From NCBI GenBank assembly GCA_053919585.1, contig CM132793.1: a DNA stretch of 64,000 bases. One strand, 5' to 3'. The notes under the pieces were generated by a model, which was not told the origin of the DNA, did not search any database, and saw only the letters and a list, made by a program, of their open reading frames with translations. Both the position numbers and the translations under genes were made by a program. This DNA is from Euprymna scolopes (Eukaryota). Of the stretch, positions 51,598 through 64,000 are shown one piece after another (within the stretch, counting starts at the first letter, position 1; every line of letters starts with the position of its first letter).

Positions 51598-52545
51598 TTT
51601 TTTTTTTTTTACATAGGCATCACCACTTATCAAGGTCCAGAGGCCACTCGAGGATAAGGGTTAAATTGGACAATATAGTAATTGTTAGTAATGGAAATTC
51701 GGTAAATTTGTTAACTTAAGTAGAACGGTTAATCAAGAACTTGTTTACTTTGGACTTGAAGATGACCATATTGTAATCAGCTGGAAAGCAAGAAAACGGA
51801 AGACAGTTCCACAGGCATGCAGTTCTAAGAAGCTTTCTTCATGGAATCTACGTTTAGGTTTAGGCACAGATAAAGAGTGGGGGTAATTATTGGTAGTGTT
51901 TTCAGCTAGACAGGTGTTTCTTGTGAGAGTTTGGCTAGGGGGACCATAGATTGGAGCTCAGTCGAGCACTTGCCATGAAAATAATGATAAAGCAGAGACA
52001 AACTTGCAACATCTCTTCTGTGATAAAGAGGTTGCAGGGAAGAGAAAAGGACATCCCTATGAGGCTACAAAGTCTATTTTGAACTCTATCAAGGCAGGAT
52101 AAGTCCTTTCTAGCAGCTCTTGCCCAGATGTGGCAACAGTACTCCATCCTTGGACGTATCTGGCTCTTATATAAGTAGAGAATTGCATCAGCAATGAGAT
52201 ATCTACTGGATCGATAGAAGGATCCTATCATTTTTCCAGCAGCCTTGGCAACGGATTTGATGGATGTGCTCCATTTCAGATCAGGAGTAAAAGTCAAGCC
52301 CAGAAGCTTGTCAAAATATGAGGCCTCCCCAAGACAAAAGCCATTCATTTCAATTCATGCCAGATGGGGATGAAAGAATTGATGATGTAAAGATAAAAGC
52401 TTGATTTTAGATGCATTAAAAGTAACCAGCCACCTCTTTCCCCATTGTACCATGTGCTCAAGATCAGAGGAGAGAGAATCAGAGAGAACTTAGTCATTTA
52501 CGGTTTTTGATGTGCTACCATAGATGGTAGTGTCATCAGCATAAT
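51598..52545 (-). mobile_element. CR1-group LINE 3' fragment with T-tail, same subfamily as 35405-36230
   Basis: YADDTTIY through MEYCCHIWARAARKDL. Poly-T at 51598-51610. Confidence 0.88.
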
Positions 52546-53161
52546 TTTACATGAAAAATAAATTTTGGTCGCAAAAATTGGGGAAACAATCGTGAAAATC
52601 TGAACAAGTCGGTCACTTTACACTTGTTTACAGAGACCATGTGCGTCTGCAAAGTTCAAGGTCAAATCAATGTCGATTGAAATCTGTCTTTATTTCCTTC
52701 TTTGACTCGCGTCGTTTGGGGTCCTTATTCCATTCTTTGGTTCAAAATAAAATAAAAATGATTATTCCTAAAGTATCTCCGTTTAGAATTCTTCAATTAC
52801 AATATTTTCGTTCTTTCTTAGGATAAATAATAAAATTCAATATAATTCTTTGATAAAAATTTACTCTAGACTTCTTTTTGTTTTTTTTGTTTTTTTAAAT
52901 TCCAGGTGATTAATGTTCAATTTCTGAAATAAAAAATTGCCTTTCACAAATGAGAATATCTACAGAAAGAAAAACTTTGACTCATAAAACCAGGTGAAAA
53001 AATAAATAAAATAAAATTAAAAAAAAAAAGTAACCAAAATAGAAATACATTTTATTAAAAATAACAAATTTTATTTAACAATTGATATTTTTACAAAGAG
53101 ATTAAAAGAAAAAGAAGAATGATTAAAAAAAAGTCTTGAGTTTTCAATAATACATTCAACA

Positions 53162-53500
53162 TTTTTATGTAATGTCTGTTAATATGTGAGTTTTGAGCAA
53201 TGGTTTTATGTAATATCTGTTAATGTGTGAATTTTGAGCAATGATTTTATTTGACGCCTGTTAATGTGTGAGTTTTGAGAAATGGTTTTTATTTGACGTC
53301 TGTTAATGTGTGAATTTTGAGAAATGGTTTTTATTTGACATCTGGTAATGTGTGAGTTTTGAGCAATGTTTTTATTTGACGTATGTTAATGTGTGAATGT
53401 TGAGAAATGGTTTTTATTTGACGTCTGTTAATGTGTGAATTTTGAGCAATAGTTTTATTTGACATCTATTAATGTGTGACTTTTGAGTAATGGTTTTTGA
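53162..53500. repeat. Minisatellite, about 8 units of 40-41 bp
   Basis: Unit approximately TTTATTTGACGTCTGTTAATGTGTGAATTTTGAGAAATGGT, head to tail with no spacers. Confidence 0.9.
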
Positions 53501-53968
53501 AGTGACATCCAAGAAGTAAAACACTTACAGGCGTTTTCTGTGATTACAATGGAAATAAAAATGGAAATTTAAAAAATATCCTTGAATTTTGTAATTATAC
53601 TAGAATTAACTTTTAGTTTTAAAATTAATTTTCCATCTGATAATTAATCTTCTATATGCTGAATGAATTCTAAATATAATAATCAGTTATTTTTACTTAC
53701 AGAAACATTCAATTTTACTGAATAACAAAATTTATGTGAAAATAATGAAATTTGATTTTTAAATCAACTCTGATGATAATAATAGAACAAAATGATTTCT
53801 TTAGAGAGAGACAAAAATCCATCCTTAGCAACGACACCATAACTCAGGACTAATGAGAAAAAGAAGAAAGAAAGAGAATTTTTCTGTAGCAAAGAAATGT
53901 CCTCTGTTAACAAAAAAAAAAATGTTAACAAAAGAAAACAGAACAAGTAACTAAATAAGATTTCACTT

Positions 53969-54353
53969 TCAGATGACGTCGTCATAATCAAACTCGTCAA
54001 GAGGACCAAATAGTATCTCTCTGTCAGAGAAGCAGGCATCATTTTCGCCGTCTTTGTCATCGTCGCCATCATCATCATCATCATAGTCACTTATTTCACA
54101 AAAATCAAAGTTGATTGGTGAATGTGTGAAAAATTCTTCATTCATGATTTGTAGCCCTAATTCGATGCTGTATGAATGTTCAAGGTTCGTATGAATGGAA
54201 CTGAATTCTTCACCGTGTGAATCATCATCATCAACAACATCAACGTCATCACTGTCATTATCATCATCGAATTCATCAAGGGGGCCAAATGATATTTCTC
54301 TGTCAATGAAACAGATGCCATCATCATTATTAAATTTTGTACAGTGTGAATTC

Positions 54354-54393
<40 letters not shown>

Positions 54394-55203
54394 TGTCGTT
54401 TATTTCACAAAAGTCTATACTCATTGATGAATACTGAAATAATGTTTCGGTTTTATTTTCTGGTATCAATTTCATACTGTGCGCATGTTCCAATTTTGTA
54501 TGAATGGAAATATTGGCTAGAAAAACAAAAAAGAAAAAAAATAATTATTTAAATTAAAATAAGAAAAATGAAGAAAAATCTTTTTAATGAAAATTTAGCT
54601 AGAAATTCAATATTAACTGAGAAATTCTAAAATTAACACGAATTTCGGTAAAAAAAAAAATTAAAAGCTTTCAAAGTTAATTAAAACAATCTGCAGAAAA
54701 TAAATCTGTTATTATCGTAGAATCTTACTTTATTCAACTTGCATGACATTCTTGTTTATGAATGGACAACATTTTCAGCAAAAACTACTGATATTTTTAC
54801 ACACGCGCACATGCATGTGTATATATACATGATGTTGAATATTTTTCATGCGTTATTAAGTGTACTTATCTTTTATGGATATCTTTTGTCAGATATCATT
54901 TATTAGTGTCTTCGAATGTCTGTAAATTGTGTTTTTGCTTGCTTGAACCTTTCTTTCTTCTTTTATATTCCACTCAATTATGCCTATAATATATATCTGT
55001 CTCTGATTTGTGTTATGAAAGCCTCGGCTGTATACTCAATGAAACATGTGTAAGACACATATAAAGTAAAAATCCGCCTATATATTAAAAAAAATAACTA
55101 AATAAATAAAAGAAATAAATGAATATAAAAAAATAAAAAAGCATGTTTGTGGATTGACTTTATGTGGTAATTGGAATATAAAATTAAAGCACACACACAC
55201 ACT

Positions 55204-55242
<39 letters not shown>

Positions 55243-55894
55243 GAAATAAAATGGAGGTGAAAGGACTTGAATACTCAACGTTTCACCCAATTTATGCGGG
55301 CTTTTGTCAATGATAATCCCTCTTGAAAAAGCCTGCATAAATCGGGTGAAATATTGAGTATTCAGGTCCTTTCACCTCCATTTTATTTCATATCGTTGGN
55401 NNNNNNNNNNNNNNNNNNNNNNNNNNNNNNNNNNNNNNNNNNNNNNNNNNNNNNNNNNNNNNNNNNNNNNNNNNNNNNNNNNNNNNNNNNNNNNNNNNNN
55501 NNNNNNNNNNNNNNNNNNNNNNNNNNNNNNNNNNNNNNNNNNNNNNNNNNNNNGTCCTCATAAGGAATCATCAGGCTAAGATGCATGGAATTCGTGTAAC
55601 CTGCTCTTTCTATATATAAACGTAGTGTTTAGGTCAGCTAACAAATCAGGTTTATTATGATTTAAAGTTTTAATAAGGTTAAAGTTTTCATTAGTCAAAA
55701 GTAATTACTATCTAGTTGTACTCATCTATTAAACAGTGTTGAAGTAAATATTGAAAATTGATACGTAAAATGCTACCTCTTGTCACAACAGTTAAAGGGA
55801 ACACATGAAATAATATGTGTTGATTCTGAATTATTGGAACTGATATAAAAGAAAAAGTGTAATGTATTTTTCTGAAACTATTCTTTCTCTCTCT

Positions 55895-55966
<72 letters not shown>

Positions 55967-56161
55967 GGTGTGTGTTATAACAAAAAAGGTTGATGGTTAT
56001 AACTGAAGCATTTTTGTCATATTAATGATTTCTTAGCATTAAACATTAACAGAAAACATTAAACACGTTCGTTACAGCATGCTGTTATGATTGAATATAT
56101 AAAGACCGTGTTCGTGTGTTCCTATGCCAAAGAGTTACAATCTTTGTACGTAGGAAAGTAG

Positions 56162-56247
<86 letters not shown>

Positions 56248-57872
56248 CGTGGCTTTGTAGAGATATATGATACTCTCAGATGTGAGTAATTTCCTAGCAT
56301 GGTAGAAAGAGATAACTTTCTTCTCAGCAATGTCTTCAATTTACTTGTTCTAATTCATGTTGCTTGCGAATGTTAAGCTGAGGAGTTTGGACAATGAGCT
56401 TTCAGGTAGCATATTATCAGTCATGGCAATTTATGGGTGAGAAGGTTTCTTGTAATTGTTAAAAGGAAAGAAGTTAATCTTGGCAGTATTGATTATTACC
56501 GTCCATTTACATCCCCATTTCATTACAAAGTGAAGATTTTTCTCTAAGACTGCTGTCACGAAGAGGTCATTTATGAATATCAGGAGAAATAAATAAATAA
56601 ATAAATTTTTATATTTTCAGAATATTTTTTATGAATAACTGAGGTGATTTTTTTTTTCAAAATCATGACGATATGACTAAACGTTGACATAACTTTAAAA
56701 AATTTTTTTTTTTTTTTAATAAATGATTTCTTTATCGAAGACACGCATGTCCAAAAGAATGGAAGAGAAATAACTCCTGAAATCTCTATTCGAATTATTT
56801 CCAGGAAAAAAAAATCAAAGATCAGAAGAAAGAAAAAAAAAGAAAAGAAAATTGTCCCAGAAAAAATAGAATGAAATTGTGAAAATGTTAATTATAGGAG
56901 AAAAAAAAAACTTGCAGCCATGCATAATACAAGAAATGAACCTTTATAGTACGTAAATAAATATATATATGTCCACTGGCCAAATTATGTTTGAAAATAT
57001 GTCTGTTCATGACATATTCACATTTAAAGGATGATTTGTATGTATAACATGAAAAATAAAGACACAATATTAACAACACAAATGTTTATAAAATGATTTT
57101 AAGGAAAAGAAAAACCTGTCTCCATTACATTAATGCAAATAAATATTTTTTTAAAATGGTCTAGTAAAAAGTTGGTTATTTTAGTTAATGGCATATCAAC
57201 TTTTATTGCCATTTAAGTTTGGAATTGTTTTATCTAAACAAATGATATTCTTTTGCAAATGAACTATTAGAAAAAAATAATTGTACTATTTAATCCATAA
57301 ATGTGCAGAATGAGGGGATGCATGTCTCACTCCAAAATTATTTTATACATATTTGATACCCAAGCAACATTGACGAAATTTGCTGGCAATATTAATAAAA
57401 ATAAAAAAAGGCCACATTTCAAATCAAATGAATCAGATTCAGTAACACTAAACTGACAATATTGAAAATTTTAAATAGTATACAAGAAAATAAATTGAAA
57501 TGGTATCCATTATTTTTTAAATGGCCACTTTTCTATTCAACCAAATAATCAAAAGGAATATTGAGTTTAAAACAAAAGCTTACCTTTATTAATAAAAGGC
57601 ATTTGACAAATGTCACAAGTGTGACTGGCCAAATTATGTTTGAAAATATGTCTGTTCATGACGGATTTAAAGGATGACTTGTATGGACAATGGGGACACT
57701 GTCGGCATTGAAATGTATTTTTAAGCTTGGATATTTTTGAAAGTTTTCCTGGTGTCAAGATGGACGTTCGTTTGTGGTGATATTTCCGTTTGTGGTAAAT
57801 AACATTTCCCATTGTCATAAATGGCTTCTTGCAAAAGTTGCAGGAAAAAGAATACTTGATGTTTTTCACCAT
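53969..57872 (-). CDS. Two-exon C2H2 zinc-finger protein (3 fingers) with Asp-rich repeat tail, 278 aa; exons 57872-57584 and 54516-53969
   Basis: Phase-1 GT-AG intron 57583-54517 (AAAG|GTAAGC ... TTTTTCTAG|CC). Splicing rebuilds CDIC-QMPFINKANISI-HTKLEH (CX2CX12HX4H). Total 837 nt in frame. Additional upstream exons are possible. Confidence 0.8.
55191..56244. repeat. Intronic microsatellites: (CA)n 55191-55230, (CA)n 55896-55959, (TG)n(AG)n 56163-56244
   Basis: Directly visible. Confidence 0.95.
55239..55393. repeat. ~155-bp hairpin resembling an inverted Penelope-type terminal repeat
   Basis: Arms of about 70 bp. Each strand reads TTGA.AAA-GCC...GGGT-GAAA-(C/T)(G/A)TTGAG. Confidence 0.6.
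56270..56586 (-). mobile_element. Old CR1-group fragment related to the 38905 subfamily
   Basis: CCTGATATTCATAAATGACCTC and AACAATTACAAGAAACC are shared with 40936-41170. Confidence 0.7.
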
Positions 57873-60187
57873 CTTTTTCTTCTTTCAAGCAAAAAAGTTA
57901 AATGATTTTGTAAATAGAATTAAAATTGTTTATAATTTTCGAACCAAAATATTTCAGTTAAAAATGAATTTTTTTTTAAATTAGAAATTCTGTGAAAGAA
58001 AAATGAACTGTTGGTGAAAGATTTAGGAGGGATCAAAGCCCGACCTTTTTGTGATAAAGTCTATTTCAAGAAGTTGTCAACAAAGACGTTGACTCACTGC
58101 TTGCTTATAAACTTTGAACCAGAAATAAATGATCAAACCAAAGTTATATTCTTTTAAAATAAATGTGGAATTGGACTTTAGACTTTAAACTTCAGTATCA
58201 TATTTCACTGAATGACAATAACATTGAGGTCAATGAGGCTACACACAACATGATCAAAACACCACTCCCACAAAATGTGAAATTCTAACCAAACAGATGT
58301 TTCTAAATTACTGATTAATTACTAAATAAGAAAATGTTTATATACAATGAGATTAAGTAGAGAAGCATGTACAAATATTTTCAATGGCGAAAAAAGTTTT
58401 AACTTCATAAAAATGACTTCTTTTTTTTCTAAAAATAATATAAATAATTGAAAAACAGTCTTCTACAATTGTGTTCAACTTAAAATCAAGAGTTAATTCG
58501 AGTGATGAATCCTGAATCACTAGTAGATTCGATTCTGTCAAATGAAAATATAAGTTGACTTAAAGGAGAAACGAAAAATTATATTTTCACATTTCGTTTA
58601 AATGGATGTTTTTTATTCATGTTCAACACAAAGAAGGCATATTCATCAGAGCACATTCCATTAAAACACTTGTAAAACTGGCACAGCTGTATTATGGCTT
58701 TTAATACATGACTCAAGAAGCAGCACATATGATGGGTGACGATTAATTACCAAGTAGACCTAGTATAGATTTTAACACAATATTGGCACTGTTAATTATA
58801 AATAACAGATAATATATACAGCAATAAGAAAGTAATAANNNNNNNNNNNNNNNNNNNNNNNNNNNNNNNNNNNNNNNNNNNNNNNNNNNNNNNNNNNNNN
58901 NNNNNNNNNNNNNNNNNNNNNNNNNNNNNNNNNNNNNNNNNNNNNNNNNNNNNNNNNNNNNNNNNNNNNNNNNNNNATCTAACAATCAACTGGTATGGAA
59001 ATCTGTGATTATAATTTTTACAAAATATTATTGGCCTTATTATTCTATAAGTACTATCCCACCTAAATAAAAAAAATTGCTCGATATACAAGAGAGAGCA
59101 AATAAATAAAATTTTAGTCATTCAATGAATTTAAAAAATTATGACGTGAAATGTTTAAATTTCAAATCAAAAGATTTTTATTATTCTATGTAAGACAAAG
59201 AATACATTTGAAATACTATAACTCCTAATCCTATAGGATTCCGATGTCTACCATCTCTTCAGAGGAGAAAATATTAGCAAATAGTTATAATGGTTTACAC
59301 CTTATTTGCTAAAGTCAGTGAGACATGGAAAATCACAATTAAAAGTTGTTTAAGTATTTAAATGTCATAGAGTAAGGGAAGTTAATGAAAAGGATATAAA
59401 AATTCACATCCAAATTGCATGGTAAAATCCGAAGTGAATGTCTTTGATGGCAGTTTGGTAATTGATCCCAACTGTATTTTGAGTAATCCACATCACAAGG
59501 TAATGGTTCAAAGAGCTTCAAATTCCACTCCAAAATAACTTCAAATTGTTAATAAAATAAAAATTAAATCGCTTTCAGTAGACAGGCCACGCAAATTAAG
59601 ACAAACTGAACTGATAAGAAAAATGAGAAATGAAAAAAGAAAAAATTTAAATTAAAAAAAGTAAAATATTAAAAAATGAAAAACTAAAAATAAAATGAAA
59701 ACTGAAAAGGATAAAAATAAATGAACAAATAAATAAATAAATAAAATAAAATAATAAAATAAAGTAAAAAAGACAAGAAAAGAAAATGCTTACGTGTAAT
59801 AAAATAGCGAATATAAGAGAAGATAAGATAAAATAAAATAAAGGGGAAGGGAAGGAAATAGATTAAGGAATAGGGAGAGATAGAAAATAGAAAAACGAAA
59901 ATAATAATGAAGAAAGAAATAGAGAGGGGAGAAAGAGAGAGAGAGAGAGAGAGAGAAATAGGAACTAAGAAGACGAAGTCAATAAACCTTTATAAAATAA
60001 AGTGACAGGCCGTGAAAATAGGTCAGAATGCGAAAGTAAGTCTAGACATATGCAAGAAAGAAAAAGAAAGCAAATAAAAAATCATGCATGTCAAGTAGAA
60101 ATTCCCGCTTAAATAAATTTAAATCAAATCAACTCAAAATAATCTTATCTAATATATACAGTACAATTCTTGCTAATTTTATAACGA

Positions 60188-60985
60188 TGTACGATCCGGC
60201 ATGATTTATAACGTTACCGATGTGGCAGGTGTCTTTGATCGCACCGTGTCTCGTTACAAGTTGGCCTGTTGATCGTCCTTACCCACTGTGTTTTCATGGA
60301 GGGGCGCTTTTCCTCTCGATCGAATCGTCTTTCTTCCATGTGTAGGGAGTCTCCGGGTACATCAATCACTCCGCTGGTCCTTGCGGTTTGCTGACAAAAT
60401 CAAGAGTCATCACCACAACAAACAGAACTCTGGGTTATAACAGTAACAAACTACTTATTGTTTTCATTACTTCATAACAACTACTGTCTAATTTGAGATA
60501 ACTGACTATAGCAGTGAACGATGTAAGACCAGATCAGTAAAGTCACAGAGTTCCCATTAACACAGGCTAGTTCCCATCATAACTTCAGGCCCTAAAGGGC
60601 TCCCCAAATCGGGAGCGCCTGACAAACCCAGCCGTTCAGCTTGTTGGCTACGACTCCTCTGCGTTTCGAAATCCTTTTTCTGAATCCAACCCCTTTTCCC
60701 CCACCTCTACTTAAGAGAGTGGTTACAAACACCTTTCTTTCTTTCTCTTAGAGCTTATCTCTACCAAACCTCAACCCCCACCTGTACTGAGGTGTTTCTA
60801 CTTATTATCAAATTAGGGGTGATTAGTCACTCCAAGTCGAACAATGCTTGGCAGCGACCCTCACCCTTGACCCACATCTTCATATCGCTCAGCAGAGGTT
60901 TTAAAACAACCTTTTCCGTTATTAACAGATATATAACGGCCATGAGATAAAATAATTATCATTTGTTTTTTTTCTTTCTGACAAA
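60188..60985. mobile_element. Probable LTR-retrotransposon-derived non-coding sequence
   Basis: GC-richer non-coding block with TG..CA-like ends. No diagnostic motif. Confidence 0.25.
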
Positions 60986-61009
60986 ATCCCATAGACATTT
61001 CTGTTTAAA

Positions 61010-61110
61010 CAACATCAAACCATCATCATCATCATCATTAGAATTCAACTGTGCGAATTCCTCTGAATTCGTGTCGACTAGCTAGGTCACTCGGCATCGC
61101 CCGGTCCCCA
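61010..61110 (-). mobile_element. 3' end of an RTE-like LINE/SINE with (GAT)n tail; second copy at 63797-63945
   Basis: (CAT)n followed by TAGAATTCAAC.GTGC.AATTCC..TGAA.TCGTGTC...CCCCATCGGGTC in both places. Confidence 0.6.
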
Positions 61111-61703
61111 TCGGGTCGCATCTCGCCCCCTACCTGTTTTGTCCTTTACTTCGTAAATGACACCCAAGCCCCAACCAGACATCAACCCCTCCCTCTTCTG
61201 CCATCTCTTTCTCTATTTAAAAAACAAGACCATCTCTTTTGACACGTAGATAATTCCAAATCTGTCTCCCTTTTTGAGGCAACACAACATCTGCTTTATG
61301 TCTAACAAGCTTACAATGACACATCGGCGGCTGGTCCTATTTTCCTAGCTAAGGTTTTGCATCTCTCTGCACTCCCTCACACCATCCCATCTGGTCAAAC
61401 ACCCTCTCAGATGCATAGGCTTAGGTGTGAGATGCAACTGATGCCAATACCTGTGGCGTTATCCGTGTTTTCGTCTAGTGGTCAAGTTCGTCCCCATCGT
61501 CGTCTGCTCACTGTTCCATCTTTGAATCAGCTTCCAAACTGTTATGGTATTATTACCATACATTAATATGGGTACTAATTAGAGGTCACCATTTCGGTAG
61601 GCTCCCACTTCGGTGCGCCTTGGATAACAGGGAGAACTGGAGCGCTGAAATAGAAAGAAATACTGGTAAAAGAAGACATTGTCTTCTTATAAAAATGAGG
61701 ACG

Positions 61704-63315
61704 TGTAACGCAACTTTGTTAGGAATTCATGAGGTTTTATATATCCAATATATATGTGTGTGTCTTCCCGAAACTCAGGTTACAAAGAAATACAGTGCAA
61801 TTTGTAAAGTCTGTATTAATGTTCAATGCTCCTCTTGGCTACCTAACAAGAGCTGAGGAGTGAGGCGTGTGTTCTGTCTCTAGTCGCCGTGGAAGTAAGG
61901 ACGTTTCCTTCACTCGAATGTCCCATGTAAACCGTTCTCGCTTTTCATTGGCTGGAACCTCTGATGACGTATAAGAAGAAAGGAAGGAAAAGAGAAAAGA
62001 GTAGGGAGAAAGAGAGAACTAAGGTGAGAATACAGCCTAGTCTTGTAGTAGTAGCAGCTCACTACAAGAGTCCCCCTCCAATTAACGGAGTTAAGTAACT
62101 TATACCCAATTATTAAATCTGTTCTTTGTTTAAAAATAAAAGTATTCGTTTTTCTTCTTCCATGTCACCTTCCTTCCTGCTCTAGACTTATATGTGTCAG
62201 TAGCAATTCCATCTTCGACTTTGTCGGTATCGTCTGTCCTAATAATCTTATCACTAGTATTAACTTTATCTGTCTGTGACTTCTCCATCTGTCTAATTTT
62301 ATTACTAATAGTTGGTTCTATATACGGTTTTAATCTATCTATTGATACGTGTGTGTGAGTACCGTTGTTCATGTCGATCTGGAAATGCTTTTTGTCTGAT
62401 CGAGTCAAGACTTTATAAGGACCTGAGTAAGGTGCTTCTAACGGTTTTCTAACTCGATCGACCCTGAGCCATACTTTTTCACAGGACCGTAAGGTTTTTG
62501 GTATGAAAGTTTTTGAATTGTCGTGGATATGTCCTTTTCCATTGTCGAGTACATCAATTTGGGACATCCATTCACACAAATTACGTATGTACTTATTATT
62601 AACTGGGGTCTCTCCTGCTCTCCGTTTGTGTATTAACTGCTGAGGAATCAATATCGGAGCTCCAGTAACAGATGTAAAAGGGGAAAAACCTGATTCGTTA
62701 GGGGTGCTACTTATACCAAGTAGAATCGCCGGTATGACTTTCATCCATGATTCTTTGAGAGCTACTATAGCTGCTTTAAGAGTACGGTGTGCTCTTTCGA
62801 TCATCCCGTTACTTTGAGGGTGATACGAAGTTGTCCTCAATCGGTAAAAACCTACTACCTTGGCTAATTTCTGAAACAACTCGCTCTCAAACTGACTACC
62901 TCTGTAAGTTACCACATGCAGTGGGACTCCAAATCTGGATATCCATGCATTGATAAATGCCTCTGCTACCGACTGTGCGGTTATTTCAGTCATAGGCTGT
63001 ACTTCAATCCAGCGAGTTGCACGGTCGATGCAGATAAGCAAGTATTTGTAAGGACTTAAGTAAGGGTCAGACTCATTGCGCGTTAAGGGCAAGGGACCAA
63101 CAATATCAATATGTACCGTCTGGAAATGTGTAGATGGTAACTCAAATTCTTGGACCACAGACTTTGTGTGTCTGTGAACTTTTGCTTGCTGACACTCTAT
63201 GCAGAATTGCTTAATTGTTCTATCTAAGCTGGGCCAAAAGTATCTGGACTTAACCAGTTTAATAGACGCTCCCGTACCAGGATGCGCTAAGCTATGTAAA
63301 CTGTTGAAAATAGTC
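61704..63315 (-). mobile_element. Ty3/Gypsy LTR retrotransposon 3' part: integrase, PPT and 363-bp 3' LTR (61704-62066)
   Basis: HHCC zinc finger (LHSLAHPG..YFWP..CIECQ), HIDIVGPLP, TYRGSQF (catalytic D mutated to Y), YHPQSNGMIER and GPY motif. PPT GGAGGGGG at ~62072-62079 just upstream of TGTAG. LTR termini TGTA...TACA. Confidence 0.88.
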
Positions 63316-64000
63316 CAGTAAGGTTGCCGACTTTGAATGCAAGATCGCCGAAGAAAAAGAAAAGAAAATAATGAAAAGCGACCTTTACAATTACTGAAGA
63401 GAAAGAAAAGGTTTTCGCCCCCCCCCCTCCGCCCATTCCTCCTGTCACGATCCCAGACTAAATTACCATGTCAGCGAGGCAATAAATGTCCATATGCTAG
63501 GAAGATGGGTTGTTACAGTCAAGTAACACTCAACGGGTCCATCAGGCATGTTCTCGGAGTGGTCTTCTCTTCAGCAGATAACGTCCATAACCTCACTGTT
63601 AGTCGCTTCTTTGTTCAACCACTTGACAGCGATCTCTCTTGGCGGTCTGTCTATCAGCATAAGTCGCCATCTGTTCTGCTTAAGAATTATCTTTATGACT
63701 CTCATTCCGGCGTAGACACTTGTTTCAGTTATCCATTCTTGGGGGTGGGAGAGATTATTTTGATTATCGAGCAAGAAACAGATGTATTCTTTTTTAAACA
63801 TCATCAACATCATCATCACCATCATTAGAATTCAACCGTGCAAATTCCCCTGAAATCGTGTCAATAGGGCTACCCAGACGACATGCTGTCTCATAATCAA
63901 CTAGCAAGGTTTGCCCAGCATCACCCGACCCCCATCGGGTCACACATATATATATATATATTATATATATGATAATGTGCTTTATATGACAATATTAAAC

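Noticed and set aside
53162-53500. CRISPR-like repeat array
   Set aside because: Units are contiguous with no unique spacers, there are no cas genes and the context is eukaryotic. The 40/41-bp period also breaks reading frame, so it is a minisatellite.
54157-54552. Poly-Met, poly-Ser and poly-His ORFs (also 9203-9504)
   Set aside because: Alternative frames or the antisense strand of the (GAT)n Asp-coding tract.
58600-59533. Additional ZnF or upstream exons
   Set aside because: Only scattered Cys/His residues and a short ORF without a motif; not supportable.

Overview
AT-rich eukaryotic (invertebrate-like metazoan) draft-assembly DNA with five N gaps, dominated by nested transposable elements. 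These include an RLE-type non-LTR retrotransposon, a Merlin element with a 9-bp-TSD element inside its right TIR, an intact Tc1 (DD34E), a maT (DD37D), hAT, Helitron, BEL/Pao, Gypsy and RTE remnants, Merlin MITEs and seven CR1-group LINE copies, one with an intact 970-aa APE-RT ORF. The only supportable host gene is a two-exon minus-strand gene (57872-57584 joined to 54516-53969, 278 aa). It has three C2H2 fingers, the third split by the intron, followed by an Asp-rich tail with a repeated DREI(L/S)FGPL(D/N)EF motif; two decayed paralogous segments lie at 8.6-10.6 kb (+) and 21.1-22.6 kb (-). The best novelty candidates are this ZnF-acidic-repeat family, a TAF3/ING-type PHD finger fused in frame to the end of a BEL/Pao integrase, and a covarying RNA structure shared by the leaders of two divergent CR1-group LINE subfamilies. 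All calls are from reading the sequence by eye; no searches were run.
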